Origin: an uncultured Aquimarina sp.
Lineage (GTDB): Bacteria; Bacteroidota; Bacteroidia; Flavobacteriales; Flavobacteriaceae
Assembly: GCA_937958985.1 (NCBI GenBank)
Contig: CALGLV010000012.1
Coordinates: 23,385 to 87,384 of the forward strand
Length of the DNA: 64,000 nt
Direction of reading: 5' to 3'
In this document: positions 40,435 through 50,525 of the stretch, in pieces
Position numbering within the stretch: position 1 is the first letter of the stretch
Layout of the letters: each line of letters begins with the position of its first letter
Made by a program: the position numbers and the translations under genes
The notes under the pieces: generated by a model
Seen by the model: the letters and a program-made list of their open reading frames with translations, nothing else
Database searches by the model: none
What the model was told of the DNA's origin: nothing

Positions 40435-41949
40435 ATGAAAAAAATAGACAACCAACTACTCGTAATATTTGGAGCTTCTGGGGATTTAACCGTTCGAAAA
40501 CTCATCCCTGCACTTTTTAATTTATACAAAGAAGGACACCTTCCTGAAAATTTTGCCGTTTTAGGAACTAGTCGTAGTAATATGACCGATGAAGAATTTA
40601 GAGCAAAAGTAGTTACCGAAAGTAAGTTTTTAAAAGATTCTATATCCGATGAAGCTATTGATTTTATTGAAAGTTTTGCAAATAGAATGTTTTATGAAGA
40701 TTTAGGCGGATCTTACGAAGAACCTTATATTGGATTAAAAAATCGAGTTGAAAGTATAAACGAAGAGTTTAGTTTAGATAATAATGTAATTTATTATTTA
40801 TCTACTCCTCCTGGTATTTATGAATTAATTTCAAAAAATTTAAAAGAACAAGGGTTAAGCGACGAAAATAAAGGTTGGAAACGCCTAATCGTTGAAAAAC
40901 CTTTTGGTTACACTTTAGAAACAGCGAAAGCTTTAAATAAAGGGATACAAACTTATTTTAATGAGTCTCAAATTTATAGAATTGACCATTATTTAGGTAA
41001 AGAAACCGTTCAAAACTTATTAGTAACTCGTTTTTCAAACAGTATATTCGAGCCACTTTGGAATAGGAATTACATTAATCATATCGAAATCACTAATGCC
41101 GAAAGTGTTGGTGTTGGTTCGCGTGGTGGTTATTATGACAAGTCTGGTGCTTTACGTGATATGTTTCAAAATCACTTATTACAAATTGTTTCTTTAGTAG
41201 CAATGGAACCTCCAATTGATGCCAATGCGGAATCTATTAGAAACGAAAAAGTAAAAGCACTACAGTCTATTAGGCATTTAAATGAAGAGACTTTTTATAC
41301 CAACACTACTCGGGGTCAATATTTAGCTTCCACTATTAATGGAGAAAAAGTTAAAGGATACCGTGAAGAAGAGGGCGTAGCAGACAATTCTATGACCGAA
41401 ACCTATGCTGCTATAAAATTTTATATTGATAACTGGCGTTGGAAAGATGTTCCATTTTATGTACGTACTGCCAAATGTATGCCTACTAAAGTAACTGAAG
41501 TAGTTATTCACTTTAAGCCGTCACACCACCGTTTGTTTGAAGGTACCAATTCCGACAACAGACTTATTATTAGAATTCAACCTGACGAAGGAATTTTATT
41601 GAAATTTGGTGTAAAAGTTCCTGGACAAGGTTTTAAAGTAGAAACTGCGAATCTTGATTTTCATTATACCGATTTAGTAGACACCTACGTTATGGAGGCT
41701 TACGAACGTTTGCTGTTAGATGCTATGCAAGGTGATGCTACATTATATGCACGTGCCGACGAAGTTGAGGCTGCTTGGGCATTTGTAGATCCTATTTTAG
41801 AAGAATGGAAAAGCAATAGAGAAAAAATGCATGGATATCCTGCAGGTACATGGGGTCCAAAATTTGCAGATAAGCTTATAGATGGTCAAGACGGTTGGAG
41901 AAACCCAGGGCCAAACTTAACGGATAGTGCTGATTATTGTGAATTGTAA
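40435..41949 (+). CDS. zwf: Glucose-6-phosphate 1-dehydrogenase
   Basis: FGASGDL, EKPFG, RIDHYLGKE. Confidence 0.96.
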   Translation: MKKIDNQLLVIFGASGDLTVRKLIPALFNLYKEGHLPENFAVLGTSRSNMTDEEFRAKVVTESKFLKDSISDEAIDFIESFANRMFYEDLGGSYEEPYIGLKNRVESINEEFSLDNNVIYYLSTPPGIYELISKNLKEQGLSDENKGWKRLIVEKPFGYTLETAKALNKGIQTYFNESQIYRIDHYLGKETVQNLLVTRFSNSIFEPLWNRNYINHIEITNAESVGVGSRGGYYDKSGALRDMFQNHLLQIVSLVAMEPPIDANAESIRNEKVKALQSIRHLNEETFYTNTTRGQYLASTINGEKVKGYREEEGVADNSMTETYAAIKFYIDNWRWKDVPFYVRTAKCMPTKVTEVVIHFKPSHHRLFEGTNSDNRLIIRIQPDEGILLKFGVKVPGQGFKVETANLDFHYTDLVDTYVMEAYERLLLDAMQGDATLYARADEVEAAWAFVDPILEEWKSNREKMHGYPAGTWGPKFADKLIDGQDGWRNPGPNLTDSADYCEL

Positions 41950-41997
41950 TTTATTAAAATTCACAACAACATTCTATTTATAAATATTTACAGAGAA

Positions 41998-42717
41998 ATG
42001 AAATTAAAAGTATATCCAAACAAACAAGAAGTAGCCAAAGCTTTTTCAGAGCATTTAAAAGAAGCTATTGCTAAATCCGAAGGTGATTTTCATATGGCGC
42101 TTTCTGGAGGTAGCACTCCTAAAGCTATTTTTGATTATATGGCCGCTAATTATAAAGACAGTATTGAATGGAGTAAACTGCATTTATACTGGGGAGATGA
42201 GCGTTGCGTACCTCCTACCGATGCCGAAAGTAATTTTAAAATGACTGTTGATCATTTATTATCAAAAATTGATTTCCCCGAAAAAAATATTCATAGAATA
42301 TTAGGCGAAAATAATCCTGAAGAAGAAGCTGTTCGCTACGGTAAAGTATTGGACGACAATTTAGATGCTGATGAAGATGGTGTTATTTTTGACTTAGTAA
42401 TTTTAGGAATGGGAGACGACGGCCACACCGCTTCTGTTTTTCCTTATAATATTGAACTTTGGGACAAGCCCGCTAACTGTGTTACTGCAAAGCACCCAGA
42501 CTCTGGTCAAATAAGAGTGAGCTTAACAGGTAAAGTAATTAATAATGCTAGCGAAGTTGCTTTTTTAGTTACTGGCGCTGGCAAAGCTGAAAAAATAGAA
42601 ATTATAGTTAATGAACTTAGTGGTTTTGAAAAATATCCTGCTGCTTTAGTTGCTCCAATGACTGAAAACTTAACTTGGTTTTTGGATAGTGATGCAGCTG
42701 CCAGGTTAGATGTATAA
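41998..42717 (+). CDS. pgl: 6-phosphogluconolactonase
   Basis: LSGGSTP, WGDERCVP, GMGDDGHTAS. Confidence 0.94.
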   Translation: MKLKVYPNKQEVAKAFSEHLKEAIAKSEGDFHMALSGGSTPKAIFDYMAANYKDSIEWSKLHLYWGDERCVPPTDAESNFKMTVDHLLSKIDFPEKNIHRILGENNPEEEAVRYGKVLDDNLDADEDGVIFDLVILGMGDDGHTASVFPYNIELWDKPANCVTAKHPDSGQIRVSLTGKVINNASEVAFLVTGAGKAEKIEIIVNELSGFEKYPAALVAPMTENLTWFLDSDAAARLDV

Positions 42718-42740
42718 AATTCAATCAAAATAGTACAACT

Positions 42741-42773
42741 AAAATCTGATATGTAAACATATCAGATTTTTTT
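42741..42773 (+). terminator. Intrinsic terminator after zwf-pgl
   Basis: aaaatctgatatgt-aa-acatatcagattttttt. Confidence 0.8.
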
Positions 42774-42830
42774 ATTATAAAGATTATTGTAGTTGAAATC
42801 TATTATATTTAATCAAAAAAATATCATTTT

Positions 42831-43211
42831 ATGAATACACCAATAAACACAAAAAATGCACCAGATCCATTAGGGCCATACAATCAATCCGTATTAGCAG
42901 GAAACACTCTTTATATTTCTGGGCAAATAGGCATTAACCCTAAAAGCAATACCTTAATTACCGGAGATATAGCTTTAGAAACCAAGCAAGTTTTAGAAAA
43001 TTTATCTGCAATTTTAAAGGCTGCTGATTTTTCGCTAGAAGATGTTGTTAAAACCTCCATTTTCATTGCTAACATGGAAGATTTCAACGCAATAAATACC
43101 GTTTATGCTACATTTTTCAATTCAGACAAAGCTCCCGCAAGAGAATGTGTTGCCGTAAAAACACTTCCAAAAAATGTAAACATAGAAATTTCTGCTATTG
43201 CCGTTAGGTAA
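42831..43211 (+). CDS. ridA: RidA/YjgF-family enamine deaminase
   Basis: GPYNQ, YISGQI, PAR, LPKNV.IEI. Confidence 0.88.
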   Translation: MNTPINTKNAPDPLGPYNQSVLAGNTLYISGQIGINPKSNTLITGDIALETKQVLENLSAILKAADFSLEDVVKTSIFIANMEDFNAINTVYATFFNSDKAPARECVAVKTLPKNVNIEISAIAVR

Positions 43212-43247
43212 TTTGTATTTATGAGACTTACTATAAAACTATCCATC

Positions 43248-43763
43248 ATGTACAAAAGTTTTATTTCTGTTCTTTTTTTATTTTTATCATTCACAGGTTT
43301 TTCTCAAGAGATGACCAACGAGAAACTTGAAGCTATTTTTAGCAAAAAAGTAGATACCATTTCTGGGTATTCGGGATACTGGGAAATGATTCATAAAAAA
43401 CGGCAACTACTTTGCATTACAGATGTAAATCATAATCGTATGCGAATTATAAGTCCAGTCGCAAAAACGAATTTGCTAGATAAAGATTTATTGTTAGATG
43501 CTTTAACTGCTAACTTCCACTCTGCTTTAGATGTGAAATACGCCATTTCTAAAGATGTATTATGGTCTGTTTTTATTCATCCATTAAAAGAATTATCAGT
43601 AACAGAAGCTGAAAGTGCTATAGATCAGGTAGCGAATGCCGCTATTAATTTTGGAACTACTTTTTCTAGTACCGAAATGATATTTGGTGGAGAATCAACG
43701 AATACCAATATTGAAACCCCAGAAGAACCTATAGATAGCAATCAATTAAACAATAAGTTTTAA
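43248..43763 (+). CDS. Secreted conserved hypothetical protein, probable YbjN/CesT-like fold
   Basis: Signal peptide from M at 43248; NRMRII.P, ANFH.ALD..YA, FIHPL, FGTTFSS motifs. Confidence 0.55.
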   Translation: MYKSFISVLFLFLSFTGFSQEMTNEKLEAIFSKKVDTISGYSGYWEMIHKKRQLLCITDVNHNRMRIISPVAKTNLLDKDLLLDALTANFHSALDVKYAISKDVLWSVFIHPLKELSVTEAESAIDQVANAAINFGTTFSSTEMIFGGESTNTNIETPEEPIDSNQLNNKF

Positions 43764-43766
43764 AAA

Positions 43767-44180
43767 TTACAAGAAACTTTGTAATCCCAATTTGTAACTA
43801 TCCATTCCAAAACCTAATATTACTCCTTTTGCATTAGGGGATATATAAGAGTTGTGTCTAAAGCTTTCTCTAGCAAATGTATTTGATATATGAACCTCTA
43901 CTACCGGTGTTTGTATTGCTTTTATGGCATCTCCTATTGCTACTGAAGTATGCGTATAAGCCCCTGCATTTAGTACAACTCCGTCAAATTCGTCATCTGC
44001 ATCTTGTATTTTTGTAACCAAATCACCTTCGTGATTACTTTGGTAATACGATAATTTTAAAGAAGGAAATTTTTCTTGTAGCACTTTAAAATATTCTTGA
44101 AAAGTTTGATTTCCATAAATACCAGGTTCTCTTTTTCCAAGTAAATTTAAATTAGGGCCATTAAGAATTAGAATTTTCAT
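43767..44180 (-). CDS. aroQ: Type II 3-dehydroquinate dehydratase
   Basis: LNGPNLNLLG.REP..YG, QSNHEG, EVHISN. Confidence 0.96.
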   Translation of the reverse strand: MKILILNGPNLNLLGKREPGIYGNQTFQEYFKVLQEKFPSLKLSYYQSNHEGDLVTKIQDADDEFDGVVLNAGAYTHTSVAIGDAIKAIQTPVVEVHISNTFARESFRHNSYISPNAKGVILGFGMDSYKLGLQSFL

Positions 44181-44262
44181 AGGATCATATTTATAATTTC
44201 AAAAATAAAAAAAACCGAAGGCTAAAAATAACTTTCGGTTCTTTATTTATAAGTCTTTTATT

Positions 44263-44835
44263 TTAGAATCGGTACCCCACTGATAATTGAAAAATATTCT
44301 GCTTGATACCATTATTATCACCTAAATCACCTAGTCCAAAAACATAGCGTGCTTGAGCAAAAACACCAATAACAGGAAATTTATATTCTACACCTGCAAC
44401 TCCATCAAAATTTAAATCTTTAATATCGTCTTCAAAAGATTCGTCAATACTTACATCAAGATCCAAACCAGCTCCTTCAAAACTACTCGAATTTATTTCA
44501 GAATCTGCATTTACATTTACTTTAAACTGAGGTCCTAAATGTGCTCTTAAGCCAGGTACAATTTTATAAGTTACCATAATCGGTACATTTATATAATCTA
44601 ATTTCAAATCTTCAGAACCTTCTCTAGAATACACAGCCTCTACCATTACCCCATATTTTTTTATTGGAGCGTGGAATACGAAACCTACATGGAAACCTGT
44701 AGCATCATCACCTGTAGTATCTTCAGATAAACTAATAAAATTTAAACCTGCTTTAAAACCAAATGAGGGTTTTTGAGCAAAAGCACATGACGATATACCC
44801 AAAGCAATCAATAAACAAACAATTAATTTTTTCAT
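44263..44835 (-). CDS. Small outer-membrane beta-barrel (PorT-like porin family)
   Basis: Signal peptide, FGFKAGLN, LDYINVP, C-terminal QLSVGYRF. Confidence 0.8.
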   Translation of the reverse strand: MKKLIVCLLIALGISSCAFAQKPSFGFKAGLNFISLSEDTTGDDATGFHVGFVFHAPIKKYGVMVEAVYSREGSEDLKLDYINVPIMVTYKIVPGLRAHLGPQFKVNVNADSEINSSSFEGAGLDLDVSIDESFEDDIKDLNFDGVAGVEYKFPVIGVFAQARYVFGLGDLGDNNGIKQNIFQLSVGYRF

Positions 44836-44911
44836 AATTAAGATTTCTTATAATTTTACAACCAAATTAAACAAATTATCTTAAACTTAGCTTTCTAACA
44901 AAGTAAAACCT

Positions 44912-45817
44912 ATGAATTGGCCATTGCTTACCACAAGATATTTGCAGTATTTAAAAATAGAACGTGGATTATCTGAAAATAGTATCGAAAGCTACAGGCT
45001 TGATCTTCTGAAGTTAACTAATTATTTGAATTCTCAAAACCCAATACCCCTACCCTTAACTATTACAAAAGAAGTAATTCAAGAGTTTATTTACGAAAGT
45101 TCTAAACTTTTACAAGCCAGGTCACAAGCCCGATTAATTTCTGGACTTAAAGGTTTTTTTGAATATTTATCCTTTGAAGATTATAGGACCGATAATCCTA
45201 TGGACTTAATGGAAACTCCTAAAATTGGCGTAAAACTTCCCAATACACTTAGTTTAGAAGATATCGACAAGCTTATTAAAGCTATTGATTATACAAAAAA
45301 GGAAAGCGAACGTAACCTTACTATTATCGAAGCTCTTTATGCCTGTGGTTTACGTGTTAGTGAATTGATTACTTTACAAATCTCCGATTTGTATTTTGAT
45401 GAAGGTTTTATTTCTGTTAGTGGGAAAGGAAATAAACAACGCTTAATACCCATTGTTGAGCATACACAACAACTTATAGAAGATTACATAAGCAATAGCA
45501 GGGCTGCATTAAACATTGATGATAAACACTCCAATACCTTATTTTTAAATCGACGCGGAAAAGGTTTAACACGTGCTATGATTTTTACTATTGTAAAACG
45601 ATTAGTTGAAAAAGCCAACTTGAAAAAAAATGTAAGTCCACATACTTTTAGACATTCATTTGCGACCCATTTACTAGAAAATGGCGCAGATCTTAGAGCT
45701 ATTCAGCAAATGTTAGGACACGAAAGTATAACCACAACTGAAATTTACCTTCATTTAGATCGAACACACTTGGCTGAAACAGTTCAAAAATACCATCCTC
45801 GTTTGGATATGGATTAA
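44912..45817 (+). CDS. xerD: Site-specific tyrosine recombinase XerD
   Basis: ERGLS.N, YACGLRVSEL, HTFRHSFATHLL, LGHESITTTEIY. Confidence 0.88.
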   Translation: MNWPLLTTRYLQYLKIERGLSENSIESYRLDLLKLTNYLNSQNPIPLPLTITKEVIQEFIYESSKLLQARSQARLISGLKGFFEYLSFEDYRTDNPMDLMETPKIGVKLPNTLSLEDIDKLIKAIDYTKKESERNLTIIEALYACGLRVSELITLQISDLYFDEGFISVSGKGNKQRLIPIVEHTQQLIEDYISNSRAALNIDDKHSNTLFLNRRGKGLTRAMIFTIVKRLVEKANLKKNVSPHTFRHSFATHLLENGADLRAIQQMLGHESITTTEIYLHLDRTHLAETVQKYHPRLDMD

Positions 45818-45830
45818 TGATACTTATTTT

Positions 45831-46973
45831 TTAACTAATTACTTTTTGAAGCTGCTGTACTAAGTAATCAACCTCTTCTTTCGTGTTAAATATTGAGAAA
45901 GAAAATCTTAACGAAGTAAAAGCTAATTTTTCTTTGGGTAGCACCTCCCCTAATACATGCGAGGGTTTATTACTACCACTTTGGCAGGCACTCCCGCGGG
46001 AGCAACAAATACCTGCTAAATCTAACTTAAATAATATTGTTGAAGCTTTTTCGTTTGATACAGGCAATAACACACTTAATAAGTTGTAATTTCTATAGGA
46101 TTCATCTGATTTTGCGTTAAATTTTATAGTAGTAATCTGCTTTTTTAATTCTGCTACTGCGTAAAACTTCAAGTCTTCAATATATATTTTTTCTTTTTCT
46201 AACTCCGCATAGGCTAAATCCAAGGCTTTTCCCATTCCTTTTATTAAAGCAACTGGCTCGGTACCAGGGCGCAAACCTCTTTCTTGTTCCCCTCCATACA
46301 TTGTGGCTTTTAAGTTTACATTCTTTTTAATATATGCAAACCCTATGCCTTTAGGACCATAAAACTTATGGGCACTTGCCGTGGCAAAATCAACTTTATA
46401 TTTTGCAAAATCAATACTATAGTGCCCTATAGCTTGTACAGAATCGGTATGAAAATAGGCCTTATTATTTTCGCACAATTCCCCCACTTTTTGTAAATCT
46501 AAAACTGTTCCTATTTCATTATTAATGTGCATTAAACTCACTAAAGTAGTTTTTGTAGATCCAGCTAATTTTTCTTTTAAACTTGCTAAAGAAATATCTC
46601 CATCCATTGTAAAATCAACGTATTCTACTTCAATGGAATTTATTAATTCGAGTGCTTCAATCGTTTTTAATACTGCGTGATGCTCAATTTTAGAAGTTAT
46701 AATCCGAGTAACTCCTAAATTTTGAACCGTCGCTTGCAATATTAAATTATTTGCTTCTGTACCTCCCGAAGTATATACAATTTCAGAACTTGTAACCCCT
46801 AAGTGTTTGGCTATATTTTTACGTACTAATTCTATTTCAGACTTTGCACTTCGGGCAATACTATAGGTTGACGATGCGTTGGCGTAAGAGTGTTCCATAG
46901 ACTGGCTAATCACAGCAACAACCTCTGGTCGCATTTTTGTCGTAGCAGCATTATCTAGATATACAATTTTCAT
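45831..46973 (-). CDS. Cysteine desulfurase (IscS/NifS family)
   Basis: YLDNAATT, TSGGTEANN, SAHKFYGPKG, GSAC. Confidence 0.9.
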   Translation of the reverse strand: MKIVYLDNAATTKMRPEVVAVISQSMEHSYANASSTYSIARSAKSEIELVRKNIAKHLGVTSSEIVYTSGGTEANNLILQATVQNLGVTRIITSKIEHHAVLKTIEALELINSIEVEYVDFTMDGDISLASLKEKLAGSTKTTLVSLMHINNEIGTVLDLQKVGELCENNKAYFHTDSVQAIGHYSIDFAKYKVDFATASAHKFYGPKGIGFAYIKKNVNLKATMYGGEQERGLRPGTEPVALIKGMGKALDLAYAELEKEKIYIEDLKFYAVAELKKQITTIKFNAKSDESYRNYNLLSVLLPVSNEKASTILFKLDLAGICCSRGSACQSGSNKPSHVLGEVLPKEKLAFTSLRFSFSIFNTKEEVDYLVQQLQKVIS

Positions 46974-47114
46974 TAAGTAGGCGTAAATATTAATTCTATT
47001 CGGAATAATACAATTCTAAATTAGTACTGTAAAATTAAGCTAATTTGAACAATTACATAAAGTTGATTTTATGATAAAAAGTTGGTATTTTGCTAGGGCA
47101 ATGAAAAAGTTTAC

Positions 47115-47933
47115 ATGCAGAAAAAAAAGATTTTAATATTTGGTGGAAGTGGTTTTCTAGGAAATGCGATGTATCGAGAATTAAATTCTTATTATGATAC
47201 TTACGCCACCTTCAACACCAAAGATTCATTTGAAAAAAATCAAAAATTTTACGCCTTTAATTATGAAACAGAACCTGTAGACATTTTGTTGGACACTCTA
47301 AAGCCCGATATCATAATATCGGCAGTTAGGGGTAATTTTAATTCACAAGTTGTATTTCATTTAGAAATAATAAATTGGATTTCTAAAAACAAAAGCCGTC
47401 TTATTTTTTTAAGTAGTGCTAATGTTTTTGACAGTTTTACCAATTTCCCTTCCTATGAATATGATAAAACTTTTAGCGAAAGCCCCTACGGAAGATTTAA
47501 AATTTTAATAGAAAACGCTCTTTTAAGAATCCCTACTAATAAATATGTTATTGCCAGGATTCCTATGATTTACGGACACGGATCGGACCGCGTTACCGAG
47601 TTAAAACAACTGCACCATTTGCAAGCCGCTATTGAAGTTTTTCCAAATGTGGTAATTAACGCTACTACGATTTCAAAAGTAACGCAACAATTACACTACA
47701 TTATTAATCGTAATAAAAAAGGAGTTTTTCACTTGGGCAGTACCGATTTAGTTCACCATTTTGATCTTATAAAAGACATTTGCAACGAACTACAATTAAA
47801 AAATGGAATTTTTAAGCAAATCTACGATTCTAACGATGATAGGTGTTTAGCTGTACTTCCTAAAGATAATATGCTGCCTGCTTATTTACAACTTACCATA
47901 GATGATGTTGTAAAGGGTAGTTTACAAATTTAA
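47115..47933 (+). CDS. RmlD-like NAD(P)-dependent sugar-nucleotide-binding SDR
   Basis: GGSGFLG, SSANVFD, YGRFK. Confidence 0.7.
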   Translation: MQKKKILIFGGSGFLGNAMYRELNSYYDTYATFNTKDSFEKNQKFYAFNYETEPVDILLDTLKPDIIISAVRGNFNSQVVFHLEIINWISKNKSRLIFLSSANVFDSFTNFPSYEYDKTFSESPYGRFKILIENALLRIPTNKYVIARIPMIYGHGSDRVTELKQLHHLQAAIEVFPNVVINATTISKVTQQLHYIINRNKKGVFHLGSTDLVHHFDLIKDICNELQLKNGIFKQIYDSNDDRCLAVLPKDNMLPAYLQLTIDDVVKGSLQI

Positions 47934-47971
47934 AAAAAGCTCTTGAAAATTAATTTTCAAGAGCTTTTTTT
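47932..47971. terminator. Bidirectional intrinsic terminator ending the arg operon
   Basis: aaaaaaagctcttgaaaat-ta-attttcaagagcttttttt. Confidence 0.85.
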
Positions 47972-47977
47972 AATCAT

Positions 47978-49255
47978 TTAAGCTTTATCGAGCTTATTTT
48001 TAATACTGTCTAAACCTAAATTATTAATACTTCCTGTGTGGGTATGTTTGGTATCTTTTGTTGGTTTATAATTTCCATTTTCAATATCCAAGCCTATTTT
48101 CACATAAGCATCTCTAAACGTCATCCCTTCTTGCACCAACTCATTAAGAGTATCTACACTAAACAAATAATCGTACTTGGGATCTTCTAAAATACCATCG
48201 TTGACTTCAACATTTTTCAATGCATAAATAGCTAACTCCAATGAAGCTTTTAAATCTTGTATCGCAGGTACAATACCTTCTTTTAATAATTGTAAATCTC
48301 TGTGGTATCCACTAGGTAAGTTATTCATAAGTAAACTTAGTTCGTAAGGTAAAGCCTGTATACGATTACATTTACCACGAATTAATTCAAAAACATCAGG
48401 ATTCTTTTTATGAGGCATAATACTTGAGCCTGTGGTAAACTCACTTGGTATGCTCATAAAACCAAAATTTTGGCTCATGTACACACACACATCCATTGCT
48501 AATTTAGATAATGTAGCCGCTACCGTACTCATTGCAAAAGCAGTTGATTTTTCAGATTTACCCCTACTCATTTGAGCTGCAACTACGTTGTATTTTAAAT
48601 CTGCAAAATTTAATTGCTCCGTAGTATATTCTCTATCAATAGGAAAAGAACTACCGTAACCAGCAGCGCTTCCTAACGGATTTTGATCTACTACTTTTAA
48701 AGCCGCATTTATAAAATAAATATCGTCTACAAAACTTTCAGCGTAAGCCGAAAACCACAAACCAAAAGAGCTAGGCATAGCTATTTGTAGGTGTGTATAT
48801 CCTGGTAACAATACTTCTTTGTGCTTATTGGCAGCCTCTAACAATACGGTACTTAGTTCTTTAACAGTAGCTTTTATTTCACTAAGCTCATCTTTTAAAT
48901 AAAGGTGCATTGCCGTTAAAACTTGGTCGTTACGAGAGCGTGCCGTATGAATACGCTTACCGGCATCTCCAACACGTTTGGTAAGTTCAAATTCTATTTT
49001 CGAATGTACATCTTCAAATTCTTCACCGATAGTAAATTCCCCTGCCTCAATTTCATCAGCCAGCTCATTTAATCCTCTTTCTATTCCAGCAATATCATCA
49101 CTAGATAATAAACCTACCTTATGCAACATTTTACCATGCGCTAAAGTTGCTTTAACATCATATTTAGCGATTACTAAATCTAATACTCTATCGTTTCCAA
49201 CGGTAAAAAAATCAATTTTTTTATCTGTAGGTAATCCTTTACTCCAAAGTTTCAT
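47978..49255 (-). CDS. argH: Argininosuccinate lyase
   Basis: HTARSRNDQ, PGYTHLQ, GSSIMPHKKNPD. Confidence 0.95.
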   Translation of the reverse strand: MKLWSKGLPTDKKIDFFTVGNDRVLDLVIAKYDVKATLAHGKMLHKVGLLSSDDIAGIERGLNELADEIEAGEFTIGEEFEDVHSKIEFELTKRVGDAGKRIHTARSRNDQVLTAMHLYLKDELSEIKATVKELSTVLLEAANKHKEVLLPGYTHLQIAMPSSFGLWFSAYAESFVDDIYFINAALKVVDQNPLGSAAGYGSSFPIDREYTTEQLNFADLKYNVVAAQMSRGKSEKSTAFAMSTVAATLSKLAMDVCVYMSQNFGFMSIPSEFTTGSSIMPHKKNPDVFELIRGKCNRIQALPYELSLLMNNLPSGYHRDLQLLKEGIVPAIQDLKASLELAIYALKNVEVNDGILEDPKYDYLFSVDTLNELVQEGMTFRDAYVKIGLDIENGNYKPTKDTKHTHTGSINNLGLDSIKNKLDKA

Positions 49256-49261
49256 CTTATT

Positions 49262-49296
49262 TTGCTTTTGGCCATCAGCTTATTGCTTTTAGCTTT
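49262..49296 (-). repeat. Degenerate 7-nt tandem array (5 units) just upstream of argH
   Basis: + strand units: ttgcttt tggccat cagctta ttgcttt tagcttt. Confidence 0.75.
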
Positions 49297-49318
49297 AATA
49301 TATAATTGAGCCAATAAT

Positions 49319-50386
49319 TTAGAGAATGTTCTCCAGCAACTCAATATAAGTTTCTATTCCTTCTCCTATTTCGCGAAGATAAATAAATTCGTCGGCAGAA
49401 TGCGAACGATTACTATCTCCTGGACCCATTTTTAAAGATGGACACGTTAAATTGGTTTGATCGGATAATGTTGGTGACCCGTAGGTATTTTTACCCATAG
49501 CAATACCGGCCTTAACTACTGGGTGATTAGGATCTATTTTCGAACTATTCAATCTAAACGATCGTGGCTCAACAATTACTTTTTCGGATCCTATAGCTTT
49601 CTTTACAATTTCGAAAACTTCTTTATTCTGATAAGCGTCTGTAATCCTACAATCTACAACTAGTTTCAACTCGCCAGGCACAACGTTATGCTGTGACCCA
49701 GCATTAATTTGCGAAATAGTCATTTTAATTTTCCCTAATTGCTCCGAAATCTTAGGGAAATCATAATTTTTAATCCACTCAATTACAGGTAAAGCGTTGT
49801 AAATAGGCTGATCGTCAAATCGGTGAGCAGCGTGCCCCGCAGTACCTTTTACAGTAATATCTAAAACCATCAACCCTTTTTCGGCGATAGCTATATCCAA
49901 CAATGTTGGCTCTCCTACAATTGCGAACTCCACATTTTTAAACTGATCAACAATACTTTTAATGCCCTCTAATCCCGAAATTTCTTCTTCAGCAGTAGGT
50001 GCTATTACAAAATTATAAGCCATATGCTCTCTTTCATAAAAATAAAAGAAAGTCGACATTAAAGCAACCAAACACCCTCCGGCATCGTTACTACCTAAAC
50101 CATACAGTTTCCCATCTTCTTCCTTAGCTTCAAAGGGATTGCGGGTATAATTTTTATTCGGTTTAACCGTATCGTGGTGTGAGTTTAATAAAATTGTAGG
50201 CTTAGACTCATCAAAATGCTTATTATAAGCCCAAATATTATTCCCTTGTCGTTGAAAAGGGATATTTCTAGTAATAAACCATTCCTCTATTAACAATGCT
50301 GTAGGCTCTTCTTCTTTTGAAAAAGACTGCGTTTGTATTAATATTTTAAGGAAAGCTATTGCTTCTTCTGTTAATTTTTTAATCAT
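49319..50386 (-). CDS. argE: M20 metallo-deacylase (ArgE-like acyl-ornithine/citrulline deacylase)
   Basis: LNSHHDTV, GLGSNDAGG, AEEE, VGEPT, SH.ADE; located in the arg operon. Confidence 0.8.
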   Translation of the reverse strand: MIKKLTEEAIAFLKILIQTQSFSKEEEPTALLIEEWFITRNIPFQRQGNNIWAYNKHFDESKPTILLNSHHDTVKPNKNYTRNPFEAKEEDGKLYGLGSNDAGGCLVALMSTFFYFYEREHMAYNFVIAPTAEEEISGLEGIKSIVDQFKNVEFAIVGEPTLLDIAIAEKGLMVLDITVKGTAGHAAHRFDDQPIYNALPVIEWIKNYDFPKISEQLGKIKMTISQINAGSQHNVVPGELKLVVDCRITDAYQNKEVFEIVKKAIGSEKVIVEPRSFRLNSSKIDPNHPVVKAGIAMGKNTYGSPTLSDQTNLTCPSLKMGPGDSNRSHSADEFIYLREIGEGIETYIELLENIL

Positions 50387-50410
50387 AAAATAAGTATCAA
50401 AAATGAACTG

Positions 50411-50510
50411 TTGGGCGTGACCACAAGGGTCGGGCTTTACGTTATATCTTTTTATAGTACTTCACAAGTTCAGCAATATAAAAAGGATGCCACTACAATC
50501 CCTCACGCAA
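50411..50510 (+). ncRNA. Flavo-1-like structured repeat RNA
   Basis: GGGCGTGACCACAAGGGTCGGGCTTTACG...AAAAAGGATGCCACTACAATCCCTCACGC. GCGTGA/TCACGC closing stem, GACC/GGTC hairpin, atctttttata/tataaaaaggat stem. Family assigned from recall. Confidence 0.7.
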
Positions 50511-50525
50511 TTTAAACCCTAAAAA

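Noticed and set aside
44912-45817. Tyrosine recombinase as an integrase of a mobile element
   Set aside because: Housekeeping XerD features, core-gene neighbours, no att-like repeats or cargo
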